Source: an uncultured Gemmatimonadota bacterium (GTDB lineage: Bacteria > JAAXHH01). Taken from it: a DNA stretch of 64,000 bases. Positions 9,923-19,040 of the stretch are shown here, piece after piece. Numbering within the stretch: position 1 is the stretch's first letter; every line of letters starts with the position of its first letter. The stretch covers positions 416,001-480,000 of the forward strand of contig OX638340.1 in NCBI GenBank assembly GCA_951812955.1. The letters are read 5' to 3'. The position numbers and the translations under genes are program-made. A model generated the notes under the pieces. That model was not told the DNA's origin, did no database searches, and worked only from the letters and a program-made list of their open reading frames with translations.

Positions 9923-10165
9923 ATGGTGACTGTACGCATTGTATACTGCGCTGATTGAAGCTATGAACAAGACGCCGCCGGGTTGGCGGTGAAATTACTT
10001 GAGTATTACAAACACGATATCGAGCAGTTGCAGCTTGTGCCTTCCGGGGGCGGCAGGTTCGAAGTCACCGTGGATGATTCGCTGATCTTCTCCAAACTGG
10101 GAACCGACCGGTTTCCCGAATACGGGGAGGTCAAGGACGCCATCGAGGCATCGATCGCGGGTTGA
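9923..10165 (+). CDS. SelW/Rdx-family selenoprotein with in-frame TGA (Sec) at 9956-9958. The ORF track shows only the 3' part, 9983..10165.
   Basis: ATG 9923 with an AAGGAGG RBS reads MVTVRIVYCAD-U-SYEQDAAGLAVKLLEYY...GGGRFEVTVDDSLIFSKLGTDRFPEYGEV. The CxxU redox motif and the G-FEV-V-G-L-FSK-GRFP core match the Rdx/SelW family. The frame is continuous across the TGA. Confidence 0.7.
9973..9991 (+). other. Candidate bacterial SECIS hairpin 15 nt downstream of the Sec-UGA
   Basis: cGCCGCC-GGGUU-GGCGGUg forms a 7-bp stem with a G-rich 5-nt apical loop, placed as a bacterial SECIS should be relative to UGA. Confidence 0.45.
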
Positions 10166-10273
10166 ACCGCAATCGACCGCCGCGGCGTCTATTAAGGATC
10201 CATAATCCAGGTCCGGACGCTTTTCCCGGCCCGGGCGCTTTTCCAGTCTATTGGTCTGAGGACAGAGGTTAGT

Positions 10274-10615
10274 ATGAATATCTACGTTGCGCTGGAAGAC
10301 GAGATCGCCGTGCTTCGCATCGAGGGCAGATTGTGGGAAGAAGGAGACAGCGTTGAGCTGGATCGGATGATCGACGATACCCTTGACCGGGGATGCACGC
10401 GGTTCGTTGCCGATTTGACCGGCGTGCCCATCATGAACAGTTCCGGGTTGGGTTCGCTGATCGCGGCCATGAAGAAAATACGTTCCAGGTCCGGGGAGAT
10501 GGTGCTCACCGGCGTCAACGACCGCCTGGATCAACTGTTCCGGATCACCCGGCTGTACACGGTCTTCAAGAAGTATGACGATGTGGACGCCGCCGTGGAA
10601 AACATGCATGCCTGA
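10274..10615 (+). CDS. STAS-domain protein (SpoIIAA-like anti-sigma-factor antagonist)
   Basis: 113 aa. A conserved phosphorylatable Ser sits in the NSSGLGSL context. The STAS fold pattern matches RsbV/SpoIIAA. Confidence 0.8.
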   Translation: MNIYVALEDEIAVLRIEGRLWEEGDSVELDRMIDDTLDRGCTRFVADLTGVPIMNSSGLGSLIAAMKKIRSRSGEMVLTGVNDRLDQLFRITRLYTVFKKYDDVDAAVENMHA

Positions 10616-13112
10616 CTACCAGCCCCTGGACCTCACGCCGAGTTGCAACGCGCCCCGAAGCATTTACGATTCCATAACGGATCCTCCGCTCGGATCACAG
10701 GAATTCTATGGTCTTCCCTTTCAAATCGGCGACGGCGCCGGAGATTCCGACTGTTTCGTCGGCTTCGGTGACCAGATCGGCTGCTCGTCCTCTCCCGCAG
10801 CGATTCCCGTCGAAAGTTCCGCCGTCAACGTGATCTTCGCCCACGCGGTGATCCGTTCGGAAATCGAGGCCGGCGGTCCGATCGCCCTTCCCGTGGCCAC
10901 TTACCGGTTCATCTGGGACGACGGGCATGACGAGTCCGTTACGATCCGCGAGCGGTTCGAGATCGGCTACATGCCGCTGCCCTGGGGACAATACCCCTTC
11001 CTGTGCGTGCCCGATCAGAAGCCGGTTATTTACAACCGGTCCGGCGGCGATTGGAACGATGCCGGCCGCCGGCAGACCGAAGCCGAGCAGGGTTGGCCAC
11101 AGGGGTACTACCTCTGGGCATGGCGCAATCCCCGGCCCGACCAGGATATCCGTTCCATCGAAATCACGCCGCAGGGCCCACCTTTCGTCGTGGCCGCCAT
11201 CACGCTCGGCCATGTCGACGAAGATCCAATTTGCCGGTGGGCTGCCAGGGACGTCCAGGTCGAACTGAAAAACCCGAAGCGCGCGGAGAAACCCTTCGAC
11301 CTCGAAGTCGAAGTCGACCGCGGCTACGCCACATACGCCTATCCACTGCCCGGGCAGGTCGACCAGGCCTTCATGAACGACACCCACCGCGGATGGGGCC
11401 AGGCGGACAGCAACCGCTCCAGTCCCGCCCATGTTGGCGTGGCTGGCACGCCGTCGGCCACGGTGACCGTAAAACAGGACGGGAAGGCGGTCGGGTCGGC
11501 TAACTGGGGCGAGCTGGAAGCGAAAGAGGTAGTCGATACGCCCGCGGTTCGATTCGAGGTCATCGACACGGGACGAAACTGGGTACACACCACGGTCCTG
11601 GACGACGAGACCGGCCACCCCGTGCCCTGCCGTGTGCATTTTCGATCTGCCAAGGGTGTGCCGTACGCGCCCCACGGCCACCACGCCCACGTGAATTCGA
11701 ACCTGGATACCTGGCACGTGGACGTGGGCGGCGACGTCAGGCTGGGACAGATGTCCTATGCGTACATCGACGGCAGGTGCCAGGGCTGGCTGCCCCGGGG
11801 CGAGGTGCACGTGGACGTGGCCCGGGGATTCGAATATGAGCCGATTCGCGAGTGCGTCACCATCGATCCCGGGCAACGCGAGCTTACCCTCAGGCTGAAG
11901 CGGTGGACCGATCTGAACGCGGAACGGTATTTCAGCGGCGACACCCACGTGCATTTCCTCTCCACCCAGGGCGCTCACCTGGAGGCCCAGGGGGAAGACC
12001 TGAACGTGGTCAATCTCCTGCTGTCCCAATGGGGAGGCCTTTTCACGAACACGGAGGAGTTCACCGGATCGGCGAGCGCGTCGCCGGACGGAGATACGAT
12101 CGTTTACGCCTCGCAGGAAAACCGGCAGCACATCCTGGGCCACCTTTCGCTCCTCGGCCTCAAAGAACCGGTCATGCCCTGGTGTTCGGACGGACCCGGT
12201 GAAGCGGAACTGGGAGGCAACCTGGAAACGACCCTGTCGTACTGGGCCGACGCCTGCCATGCGCAGGGCGGGACGGTCGTGATTCCCCATATCCCCAATC
12301 CAAACTGCGAACCGGCGGTTCTCATCGCCACGGACCGCGCCGACGCCGTGGAGATGCTGGTGCACAGCGAGTACAATCACCTCGAATACTACCGGTACCT
12401 GAACTGCGGCTACCGTCTGCCGCTCACGGGCGGGACGGACAAGATGTCCAGCGACGTGCCCGTGGGGATCTACCGGACCTATGCCTACATCCCGCCGGAC
12501 GAGCCCTTTACCTACGACAACTGGTGCAAGGCGCTGCGCGGCGGCAACACCTTCCTGAGCGCGGGACCCATCATCCGGTTCACGGTGAACGGCCGGCCGA
12601 TCGGCGATACGGTAAATCTACCCGGCAACGGCGGGACGGTGGAGATCGAGGCGTCGGCGGATTCGACCCTGCCGATCCATACCCTGGAAATCGTGCAGCA
12701 GGGCAAGGTCGTCGCCGCTACGGAAGAGATGAAAGGCGTCCGCCGGTTATCGCTCAAGACCTCCCTGAAGATTGAAAGCCACACGTGGCTGGCGGCCCGG
12801 TGCGCCGGACCGAACTACTCCAGCGTACCGCACCACGACGGCTGGCGCCGCGGCATCATGGCCCATACGTCGCCGGTATACGTGGCCTGCGGCGGCCCCT
12901 ACTGGCTGTTCGACCTGGAAAACGCCCAGTACATGCTGAGCCTGATCGAAGGGGGCCTTTCCTACATCAAGCGTCGAAGTTGGCAACACAAGCCGGAAAC
13001 GACCACCCACCACCACGGCGGCGACGACCACGAAGCCTTTCTCGAAGCCCCATACCTGCAGGCGCGGGAAGCCATCCACCGCCGCATGCACGAACTGAAC
13101 ATCCCGCATTGA
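10608..13112 (+). CDS. Large uncharacterised cytoplasmic protein (about 835 aa). Its C-terminal half resembles a PHP / CehA-McbA-like metal-dependent hydrolase.
   Basis: The ORF track gives 10575..13112. The ATG at 10608 overlaps the STAS stop (ATGCCTGA). The GDTHVHF motif plus downstream His/Asp clusters (HHAHV, QHILGH, EYNH) are typical of PHP-superfamily metallohydrolases. The N-terminal 400 aa resemble nothing I recognise. Confidence 0.5.
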   Translation: MPDYQPLDLTPSCNAPRSIYDSITDPPLGSQEFYGLPFQIGDGAGDSDCFVGFGDQIGCSSSPAAIPVESSAVNVIFAHAVIRSEIEAGGPIALPVATYRFIWDDGHDESVTIRERFEIGYMPLPWGQYPFLCVPDQKPVIYNRSGGDWNDAGRRQTEAEQGWPQGYYLWAWRNPRPDQDIRSIEITPQGPPFVVAAITLGHVDEDPICRWAARDVQVELKNPKRAEKPFDLEVEVDRGYATYAYPLPGQVDQAFMNDTHRGWGQADSNRSSPAHVGVAGTPSATVTVKQDGKAVGSANWGELEAKEVVDTPAVRFEVIDTGRNWVHTTVLDDETGHPVPCRVHFRSAKGVPYAPHGHHAHVNSNLDTWHVDVGGDVRLGQMSYAYIDGRCQGWLPRGEVHVDVARGFEYEPIRECVTIDPGQRELTLRLKRWTDLNAERYFSGDTHVHFLSTQGAHLEAQGEDLNVVNLLLSQWGGLFTNTEEFTGSASASPDGDTIVYASQENRQHILGHLSLLGLKEPVMPWCSDGPGEAELGGNLETTLSYWADACHAQGGTVVIPHIPNPNCEPAVLIATDRADAVEMLVHSEYNHLEYYRYLNCGYRLPLTGGTDKMSSDVPVGIYRTYAYIPPDEPFTYDNWCKALRGGNTFLSAGPIIRFTVNGRPIGDTVNLPGNGGTVEIEASADSTLPIHTLEIVQQGKVVAATEEMKGVRRLSLKTSLKIESHTWLAARCAGPNYSSVPHHDGWRRGIMAHTSPVYVACGGPYWLFDLENAQYMLSLIEGGLSYIKRRSWQHKPETTTHHHGGDDHEAFLEAPYLQAREAIHRRMHELNIPH

Positions 13113-13161
13113 GCATCCGTGCGGGCATGTCGTCCCGTTAAACCGAACCGGAGAATGACAC

Positions 13162-14748
13162 ATGCAGGGACCCCGTGTCGACCGGGTCATATTCTGGGTC
13201 GCGCTGCCGCTGATCGCGGGCGTCTCGGTACCGCTGGTGCTGTTTCCCGTCGAGGGAGAAGCCCTCCTGAGCGCGGCTTTCGGCTGGCTGACACGGGTCC
13301 TGGGATGGGCCTATCTCTGGTTCACGATCGCCGCCTTCGCGATCCTGGTCTATTACGCCCTGGGCAAGTACGGTCATGTGCGTTTCGGGGGGCCCGACGC
13401 CAAACCCGAATTCTCCCTGGTCAGCTGGATCGCCATGATCTTCTGCGCCGGCATCGGCGCCAGCGTCCTGTACTGGGGCACCATCGAGTGGGTCTACTAT
13501 TACACGAACCCGCCCTTCGGCCTCGAACCGCGCTCCACCGAGGCCACCGAGTGGGCGGCGACCTACGGGCTGTTTCACTGGGGATTCACGGCATGGGCCA
13601 TTTACTGTATCCCGACGCTTCCCCTGGCCTACCTGTTCTGGAACCGCGGGCGGCCCATCCTGCGCATGTCCGCGGCCTGTGAAGGCGTCATCGGCGAACG
13701 CGCCACACGGGGCTTTCCGGGCAAGGTCATCGACATGTTCTTCATGTTCGGCCTGCTCGGCGGGGTTGGAACGTCCATCGGACTGAGCACGCCCATGATT
13801 TCGGCCGGCCTGTCGGAACTGCTGGGTGTGGAAAGAGGATTCTGGCTCGACGCGGCGGTGGTGATCACTTTGGGGGTGATCTTCGGCGTCAGCGTCTATA
13901 CGGGGCTGCAGCGCGGCATCCGTGTCCTGAGCGGGGTCAACCTCTGGCTCACCATCGGGGTGCTGACCTTCGTCTTCCTGTTCGGTCCCACGCTGTTCAT
14001 CATCGACACGTTCACCAACAGCATCGGCCTGCTGGTGCAGAACTTCATCAAGATGAGCTTTTACCTCGAACCCGTCGCCAAGGCGGAATCTATTATCTCG
14101 GCGGCGGCGGAAGGGAGATCGGGACTGTCTTCCGCGGATACGTTCTCTGAACAGTGGACCATCTTCTATTGGGCGTGGTGGATCGCCTTCGCGCCCTTCA
14201 TGGGTCTCTTCGTCGCCCGGATCTCCCGGGGCCGCACGATCCGCGAGTTGATCGGCGCTGAATTAGTAGGCGGATCTCTGGGCTGCTGGCTGTTCTTCGC
14301 GGTGCTCGGCAACACGAGCCTGTTTCTGCAGCTTGAAGGATCCCAGGACCTCACCGGCCTGGTTGCCCGCAACATGACCCCGGAGGCGATCATCACGACC
14401 GTGGTAGCCGTGGGGGACCGGGTGATCCCTTTCGCCGTGCCCCTCCTGATGGTTTTCGTAACCCTTGCGATCATCTTCGCCGCCACCACGCTGGACTCGG
14501 CGTCTTACATCCTGGCGTCAGTGGCTACGAAGGAACAGGCCGAGGTACGGGAACCCGCGCGCTGGCACCGCTGCTTCTGGGCCGTCGTACTCAGTTCCGT
14601 TGCCCTGTCATTGATGTTCGTTGGAGGTACGGAAAGCCTGCGGGCGGTCCAGTCGGCGTCCCTGATCGTCGCGCTTCCCCTCATCGCCGTGCTGGTCCTG
14701 ATGACGATGTCCTTCATCCGGTGGCTGAGGCAGGACCACGGATCGTGA
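13162..14748 (+). CDS. BCCT-family transporter (betaine/carnitine/choline type)
   Basis: 528 aa with 12 predicted TM helices and a BCCT signature region (WTIFYWAWWIAFAPFMGLFVARISRGRTIRE). A GGAGAA RBS is present. Confidence 0.85.
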   Translation: MQGPRVDRVIFWVALPLIAGVSVPLVLFPVEGEALLSAAFGWLTRVLGWAYLWFTIAAFAILVYYALGKYGHVRFGGPDAKPEFSLVSWIAMIFCAGIGASVLYWGTIEWVYYYTNPPFGLEPRSTEATEWAATYGLFHWGFTAWAIYCIPTLPLAYLFWNRGRPILRMSAACEGVIGERATRGFPGKVIDMFFMFGLLGGVGTSIGLSTPMISAGLSELLGVERGFWLDAAVVITLGVIFGVSVYTGLQRGIRVLSGVNLWLTIGVLTFVFLFGPTLFIIDTFTNSIGLLVQNFIKMSFYLEPVAKAESIISAAAEGRSGLSSADTFSEQWTIFYWAWWIAFAPFMGLFVARISRGRTIRELIGAELVGGSLGCWLFFAVLGNTSLFLQLEGSQDLTGLVARNMTPEAIITTVVAVGDRVIPFAVPLLMVFVTLAIIFAATTLDSASYILASVATKEQAEVREPARWHRCFWAVVLSSVALSLMFVGGTESLRAVQSASLIVALPLIAVLVLMTMSFIRWLRQDHGS

Positions 14749-14788
14749 AGTCTTCCCAATATGCCGCAAATGTCGCGGTAGCATAACA

Positions 14789-14829
14789 AAGCCCGGACTG
14801 CTCAGGAGAGCGATCCGGGCTTCGCTTTC
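14789..14829. terminator. Candidate bidirectional intrinsic terminator between convergent BCCT and TonB-receptor genes
   Basis: A 9-bp stem aagcccgga / tccgggctt has a 16-nt loop. It is followed by a cgctttc tract on the plus strand. Confidence 0.35.
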
Positions 14830-14890
14830 AGGACGGATCAACGCCTGCCTTCATTGATCCCCCGCTCAGTGTTCCTCCTCCGTTCGCCTC

Positions 14891-17860
14891 CTACTGAAAC
14901 TGGTACGTCAGCCCCAGCTTGAAACGCCTTCCTTTCGGATCGTGCGTCAGTGCGTCGAAGGCCAGTTCCTGGTTCACATAGGGCGGCGGCGCGTCGGTCA
15001 GGTTAAACATCGACAGGGTGGCGACCACACCCGCATTGGGTATCCGCCACTGAAAATTCATATCGAAGGTCAGGAACGAGTCGATCTGGGTCCAGTCTTC
15101 GCCCGCGGGCCCCGTATCGAACCACCAGTCCCCATTCTCGTATGAGGAGATGTAATGTCCCCTGGCGATGGCGCTGTAGTCGCTCCAGTGGTATCCGGCG
15201 GACGCGTTCAGTCGCAGGGGAGGCAATGGCGGCGCCAGGGGATTCGTCGCGTTGAGGAACCCCACGGCCTCATTCTCGCCGACCAGCTCCACGCCGTTGT
15301 GCATGAGAGGCTCTATGGTATAGTCCAGGGTGTAACTGCCATCCAGGTGAACGTCGATCGCGCCACTGCCCATTACCTGTCGCGCACCGATATGCCAGTC
15401 GATCCCCGAGGTCTTGAGGCCGGGCCAGTTGATATGGTTGATCCTGATCCGTTCCATGTCACCCGGAGCGCAACTCCCGTCGTTTCGATTGCCGGGACAG
15501 TAAATGCGGTCCTGCACCGCGGCTCGGGTTGACGGATCCACGTAGGCCGCCGCCAGGGCGGCATCGGGAATGACACCGATGGGATTGTTGAAGTCGAAAT
15601 TCCAGTAATCCACCGCTGCTTCGAAACCGGTGTCGTTTTCTACGATCACGCCGATGTTATAGGTAAACGCTTCTTCCGGTTCGAGGTCTTCCACGCCCCG
15701 GTTTTCAATGGCCTTCCAGGCGCCTGTCGGTCCGACGTAAGCCGTGTAGATGACTACGTCTGTATTCAGATCGTCCACTGAGGGTGTTCGGAAGGTAGTC
15801 TGAACCGTACCCCGCAGAGCCAGGTTATCGTTTAACTGCGCCCGCAGGGAGACTTTCGGGTCCAGGCTGTTTGCGAACCCGTAATCCTCGAAATGCAGCG
15901 CCGCCTGGGTATCCAGCCAATCGCTGTACTTAAGCGCCAGTTCGGCAAAAACTGCGTGGGTCGTCTGATTGGCTTCATATGGATGGATACCCGATGTGAA
16001 GGTAAAGGACCCAGTCTGAATATCACAGCTCGTATCCCCCGGTATGCGGCAGGGATTCCGGGAGAGGTCGCCGGGCGCATTGGGCACGGCGGAGACATCG
16101 ACGCGGCGCAACTGGTACCCCGCGGCGTAGCTGGCGACGTCTTCCTTCAGCACACCGCTCAACAGACCGTCCAGCACCAGCAGGCTGGCCTCGCTGGTTG
16201 TGGCGACTTTTTCGTTTATCCAACCGAGCAGCTCGGGACTGTGCGCGAGGTCGGCGCGGTAATTCGGATTGGCGCTGTCCGTATAGGGTGCGTCCGGTTG
16301 CGCGGAAAACTGGATGCCATTGCTGAAGGGATTGAAGTAGGAGCAGTTCCCGGATCCTGCGATGACGCCGCTGGGGATAGTTCCGAGGGCAAGGCCGGAA
16401 GGCGCGCTGGGAACCGGGACGACCCCGACGCCGCAGTTCGCCCCTCCGTATCCACGGAAAGCCAGGAACTTCCGGTACGCGTATTCCGCGGGTTGGCGCA
16501 CCGTGCCCTTCGTATCCGAATAAGATATACCGAGATCGTAGCTGATGTTGGACTCGCCTATCGGTCCGGTAAGCGATCCGGCCAGGCGGCGGGTAACGGA
16601 CTCCCTGCTCTGGACGCGTCCGGGGCCGGCATTTCCGACCAGGCGGCCGAAGAAGTACCAGGGCTGGTCGCCGGTAAGGTCCAGCACATCTCCGCTAGCG
16701 TTCGTATAGGTGGGGTTCTCCGCTACGAAGGCCACGCGGCCGGGATGATCGACAGGTACCTGCTGCACGCCGTCATAGAAGGCGATGGGAGGAAACGAAG
16801 GGGTCGTCTCCCACTCGGGTACCCGTGCGTCATGGTAGAGCGCTTCCACGTGATACGTCGTTTCGCCCAATGAACCGTTCAACTCGGCGAATCCCCGGGT
16901 GTGCTGGAGTTTTTCGATGATGCTGTCCCAGGGCTGATAGCGGAAGCGGCACGTACTGGCGCCCACCTGGTAACCGCCCAGGCCTTCACAACCCGGATCG
17001 ACGAATCGAGGTTCGCCGGAAAGTACGGCCTCGTCTGTTATATTCCCGTCCGGTATGATGAATGCGCCGGGGTTGCCGTACCAGGACCAGCCCCATCCGT
17101 AGTTCGGAAAGGGACGCAGCGCCCAGTCCCGCTCTTCGGCGCGCAAATTCTGGCGGCGCTTGTGTTCCAGGGATACCACCAGGTGGGAATCGCCGACTTT
17201 GCCGCCCCAGATGCCGCCCAGCATGGCGTCTCCGGCGGAGTCGAAATAGTCATAGGACACGTCCAGCTCGAAACCTTCGAAACCGCTTCGCGTGATGAAG
17301 TTGGCGACGCCCGCGATCGCATCCGATCCATATACGGCGCCCGCGCCTTCCTTCAGGATATCCAGCCGTTCGATGGAGATGGACGGGAAAGCGTTCACGT
17401 CGACAAACCGGCCCCCGACGAGCCGGCCCGCGACGTAGGTCTGCCTGCGGCCATTGAGCAGCACCAGGCTGCGCGAAGCGCCGAGGCCGCGGAGGTTGAT
17501 GTTCGCCACGGTTTCGGGGATGTCTCCCGACTGCGCGTTGTACCAGCTGTTGGCCTCGCCGATGACGCCGCTGCTCGCACTCAGGTTCTTGAACAGGTCG
17601 ACCATGGATGGCGCACCCTGTTCAGCCAACGACGATCGGTCGATGCGGGCGACTGCATAGGGGAGTTCGATCGGGGATTCCCGGACCGCGGTACCGGTCA
17701 CGACGATCGCCTCCGCCTCGATCACGGGCAGCAGGAAGAGGGAATCCAGCTCCGCTTCCTCCTGTTGGTCCGCGTACGTGTTGGAGTAAGGCGGCATTCC
17801 GGCCAGACAAAGCCAGCCGAAGGCAATCAATGCCAATGAACGCATATCCATGTTGTACAT
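14891..17860 (-). CDS. TonB-dependent outer-membrane receptor
   Basis: 989 aa. It has a signal peptide and a plug domain (NINLRGLGASRSLVLLNGRR). The C-terminal barrel ends with an aromatic residue (GLTYQFQ). Confidence 0.85.
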   Translation of the reverse strand: MYNMDMRSLALIAFGWLCLAGMPPYSNTYADQQEEAELDSLFLLPVIEAEAIVVTGTAVRESPIELPYAVARIDRSSLAEQGAPSMVDLFKNLSASSGVIGEANSWYNAQSGDIPETVANINLRGLGASRSLVLLNGRRQTYVAGRLVGGRFVDVNAFPSISIERLDILKEGAGAVYGSDAIAGVANFITRSGFEGFELDVSYDYFDSAGDAMLGGIWGGKVGDSHLVVSLEHKRRQNLRAEERDWALRPFPNYGWGWSWYGNPGAFIIPDGNITDEAVLSGEPRFVDPGCEGLGGYQVGASTCRFRYQPWDSIIEKLQHTRGFAELNGSLGETTYHVEALYHDARVPEWETTPSFPPIAFYDGVQQVPVDHPGRVAFVAENPTYTNASGDVLDLTGDQPWYFFGRLVGNAGPGRVQSRESVTRRLAGSLTGPIGESNISYDLGISYSDTKGTVRQPAEYAYRKFLAFRGYGGANCGVGVVPVPSAPSGLALGTIPSGVIAGSGNCSYFNPFSNGIQFSAQPDAPYTDSANPNYRADLAHSPELLGWINEKVATTSEASLLVLDGLLSGVLKEDVASYAAGYQLRRVDVSAVPNAPGDLSRNPCRIPGDTSCDIQTGSFTFTSGIHPYEANQTTHAVFAELALKYSDWLDTQAALHFEDYGFANSLDPKVSLRAQLNDNLALRGTVQTTFRTPSVDDLNTDVVIYTAYVGPTGAWKAIENRGVEDLEPEEAFTYNIGVIVENDTGFEAAVDYWNFDFNNPIGVIPDAALAAAYVDPSTRAAVQDRIYCPGNRNDGSCAPGDMERIRINHINWPGLKTSGIDWHIGARQVMGSGAIDVHLDGSYTLDYTIEPLMHNGVELVGENEAVGFLNATNPLAPPLPPLRLNASAGYHWSDYSAIARGHYISSYENGDWWFDTGPAGEDWTQIDSFLTFDMNFQWRIPNAGVVATLSMFNLTDAPPPYVNQELAFDALTHDPKGRRFKLGLTYQFQ

Positions 17861-17919
17861 GATAGTCCGCCAATCTGTGTAAGTTTTTTATGATTTCATG
17901 GTTTCGGAATTAGAAACAA

Positions 17920-17948
17920 TGTATACATAACAATCTCCATTATGTCAA
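17920..17948 (-). promoter_or_regulatory. Candidate sigma70 promoter in the AT-rich region upstream of the TonB-dependent receptor
   Basis: On the minus strand: TTGACA, a 17-nt spacer, then TATACA. The surrounding 150 bp is markedly AT-rich compared with the window. Confidence 0.35.
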
Positions 17949-18114
17949 GGGAATTAAGGACTTATACTTGCGTTACAAAAGCTCACAATACACTGTGCAA
18001 TAACTTGAAACTGTAAATGGCAAATCGTAATTCCCGGCGGCCTTACTGGACGATGCCCGCATTTCGCACCGCGTCTCGTCGCACCATTGCTGCACATGAT
18101 CCGGTGCCTGCACA

Positions 18115-19008
18115 TCATTGCCTGATCAGATTAAGGCACCAGAACAGCGGTGGCAAGGCGAACACATCGCTACGTCCTTCCACGTACCGCTTGTGCTGAT
18201 CGTCCGGAGAATCGTTACAGACGACTTCCCAGAACCCATGGACATTAAACTCAGATTCCACACGGTCCGGATCGAAGGACGTAATCATGGGTTCACCCAG
18301 TTTGCCCACATAGTTCTTCAAACTGATCGCAAGCGGGCGTTTTTCCTCAGGGATGCTGCCGTCTTCTGCCAGGTAATCGAAGACGATCTCGGAACCGGGG
18401 CAGGCAATGCCGGCCACGTGTTTCAGCGTGTCTTGAATCGCTTCCCGTGAAAGGTAATAGGTCACGCCCAGCCAGTTGAAGAAAGACTTCTTACCCGGGT
18501 CGAATCCATGGGCGGTCAACTTGTCTCCGAGATCGTCTTTTTCAAAGTCGAAAGGAATGTGCCGCACACAGTCTGGAAACGCCAGTCCGGCCGCGCGGGC
18601 CCGCTCCCTTTTGAGGGCGATCGTAGATGCGAGATCGATTTCATAGATGGTTACGCCGAGTCGTGGATGACGCAGCGCGAAGGTATCATAGCCTGAGCCG
18701 AGTATGACGTATTGTCTTACGCCCTTTTCGATCGACGCCAGCAGGCGATCTTCTGTAAATCGAGCCCGCGTGAGGGGTTGTGTGGTGATCGGCATGAGCC
18801 TGCGCAGCAGGACCTTTGATACAATCATGTCGCGCAGTCTTGAACCGAGGATCCGTTGCCACCGCTTGCTCAGAAAACGGAACGCGAAGGGATCGTTGAA
18901 AATGTAGGGTGGTTTGTGCCGGAGGAGATGCCGCGCACGGCTTACCGCCACGAGTTCGGCCGTTCGGCTGCCATGTATCTGAACCTGACCGGGGGGCTGT
19001 TCAGACAT
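18115..19008 (-). CDS. Class I SAM-dependent methyltransferase (leucine-carboxyl / TcmP-like O-methyltransferase family)
   Basis: 297 aa. A motif I-like VILGSGYDT and overall LCM-family architecture are present. Confidence 0.7.
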   Translation of the reverse strand: MSEQPPGQVQIHGSRTAELVAVSRARHLLRHKPPYIFNDPFAFRFLSKRWQRILGSRLRDMIVSKVLLRRLMPITTQPLTRARFTEDRLLASIEKGVRQYVILGSGYDTFALRHPRLGVTIYEIDLASTIALKRERARAAGLAFPDCVRHIPFDFEKDDLGDKLTAHGFDPGKKSFFNWLGVTYYLSREAIQDTLKHVAGIACPGSEIVFDYLAEDGSIPEEKRPLAISLKNYVGKLGEPMITSFDPDRVESEFNVHGFWEVVCNDSPDDQHKRYVEGRSDVFALPPLFWCLNLIRQ

Positions 19009-19040
19009 AGTTAGGTATTGGGTTACCTTGATTACCCGGT

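Noticed and set aside
10695-12380. 561-aa minus-strand ORF antisense to the large PHP-like protein gene
   Set aside because: Its R/G/V-rich low-complexity composition, no RBS and no motifs contrast with the coherent plus-strand frame carrying GDTHVHF.
15893-17839. Two long plus-strand ORFs (326 aa, 312 aa) opposite the TonB-dependent receptor
   Set aside because: The minus strand encodes a complete plug plus barrel receptor with signal peptide. The plus-strand ORFs are antisense artefacts of GC-rich sequence.
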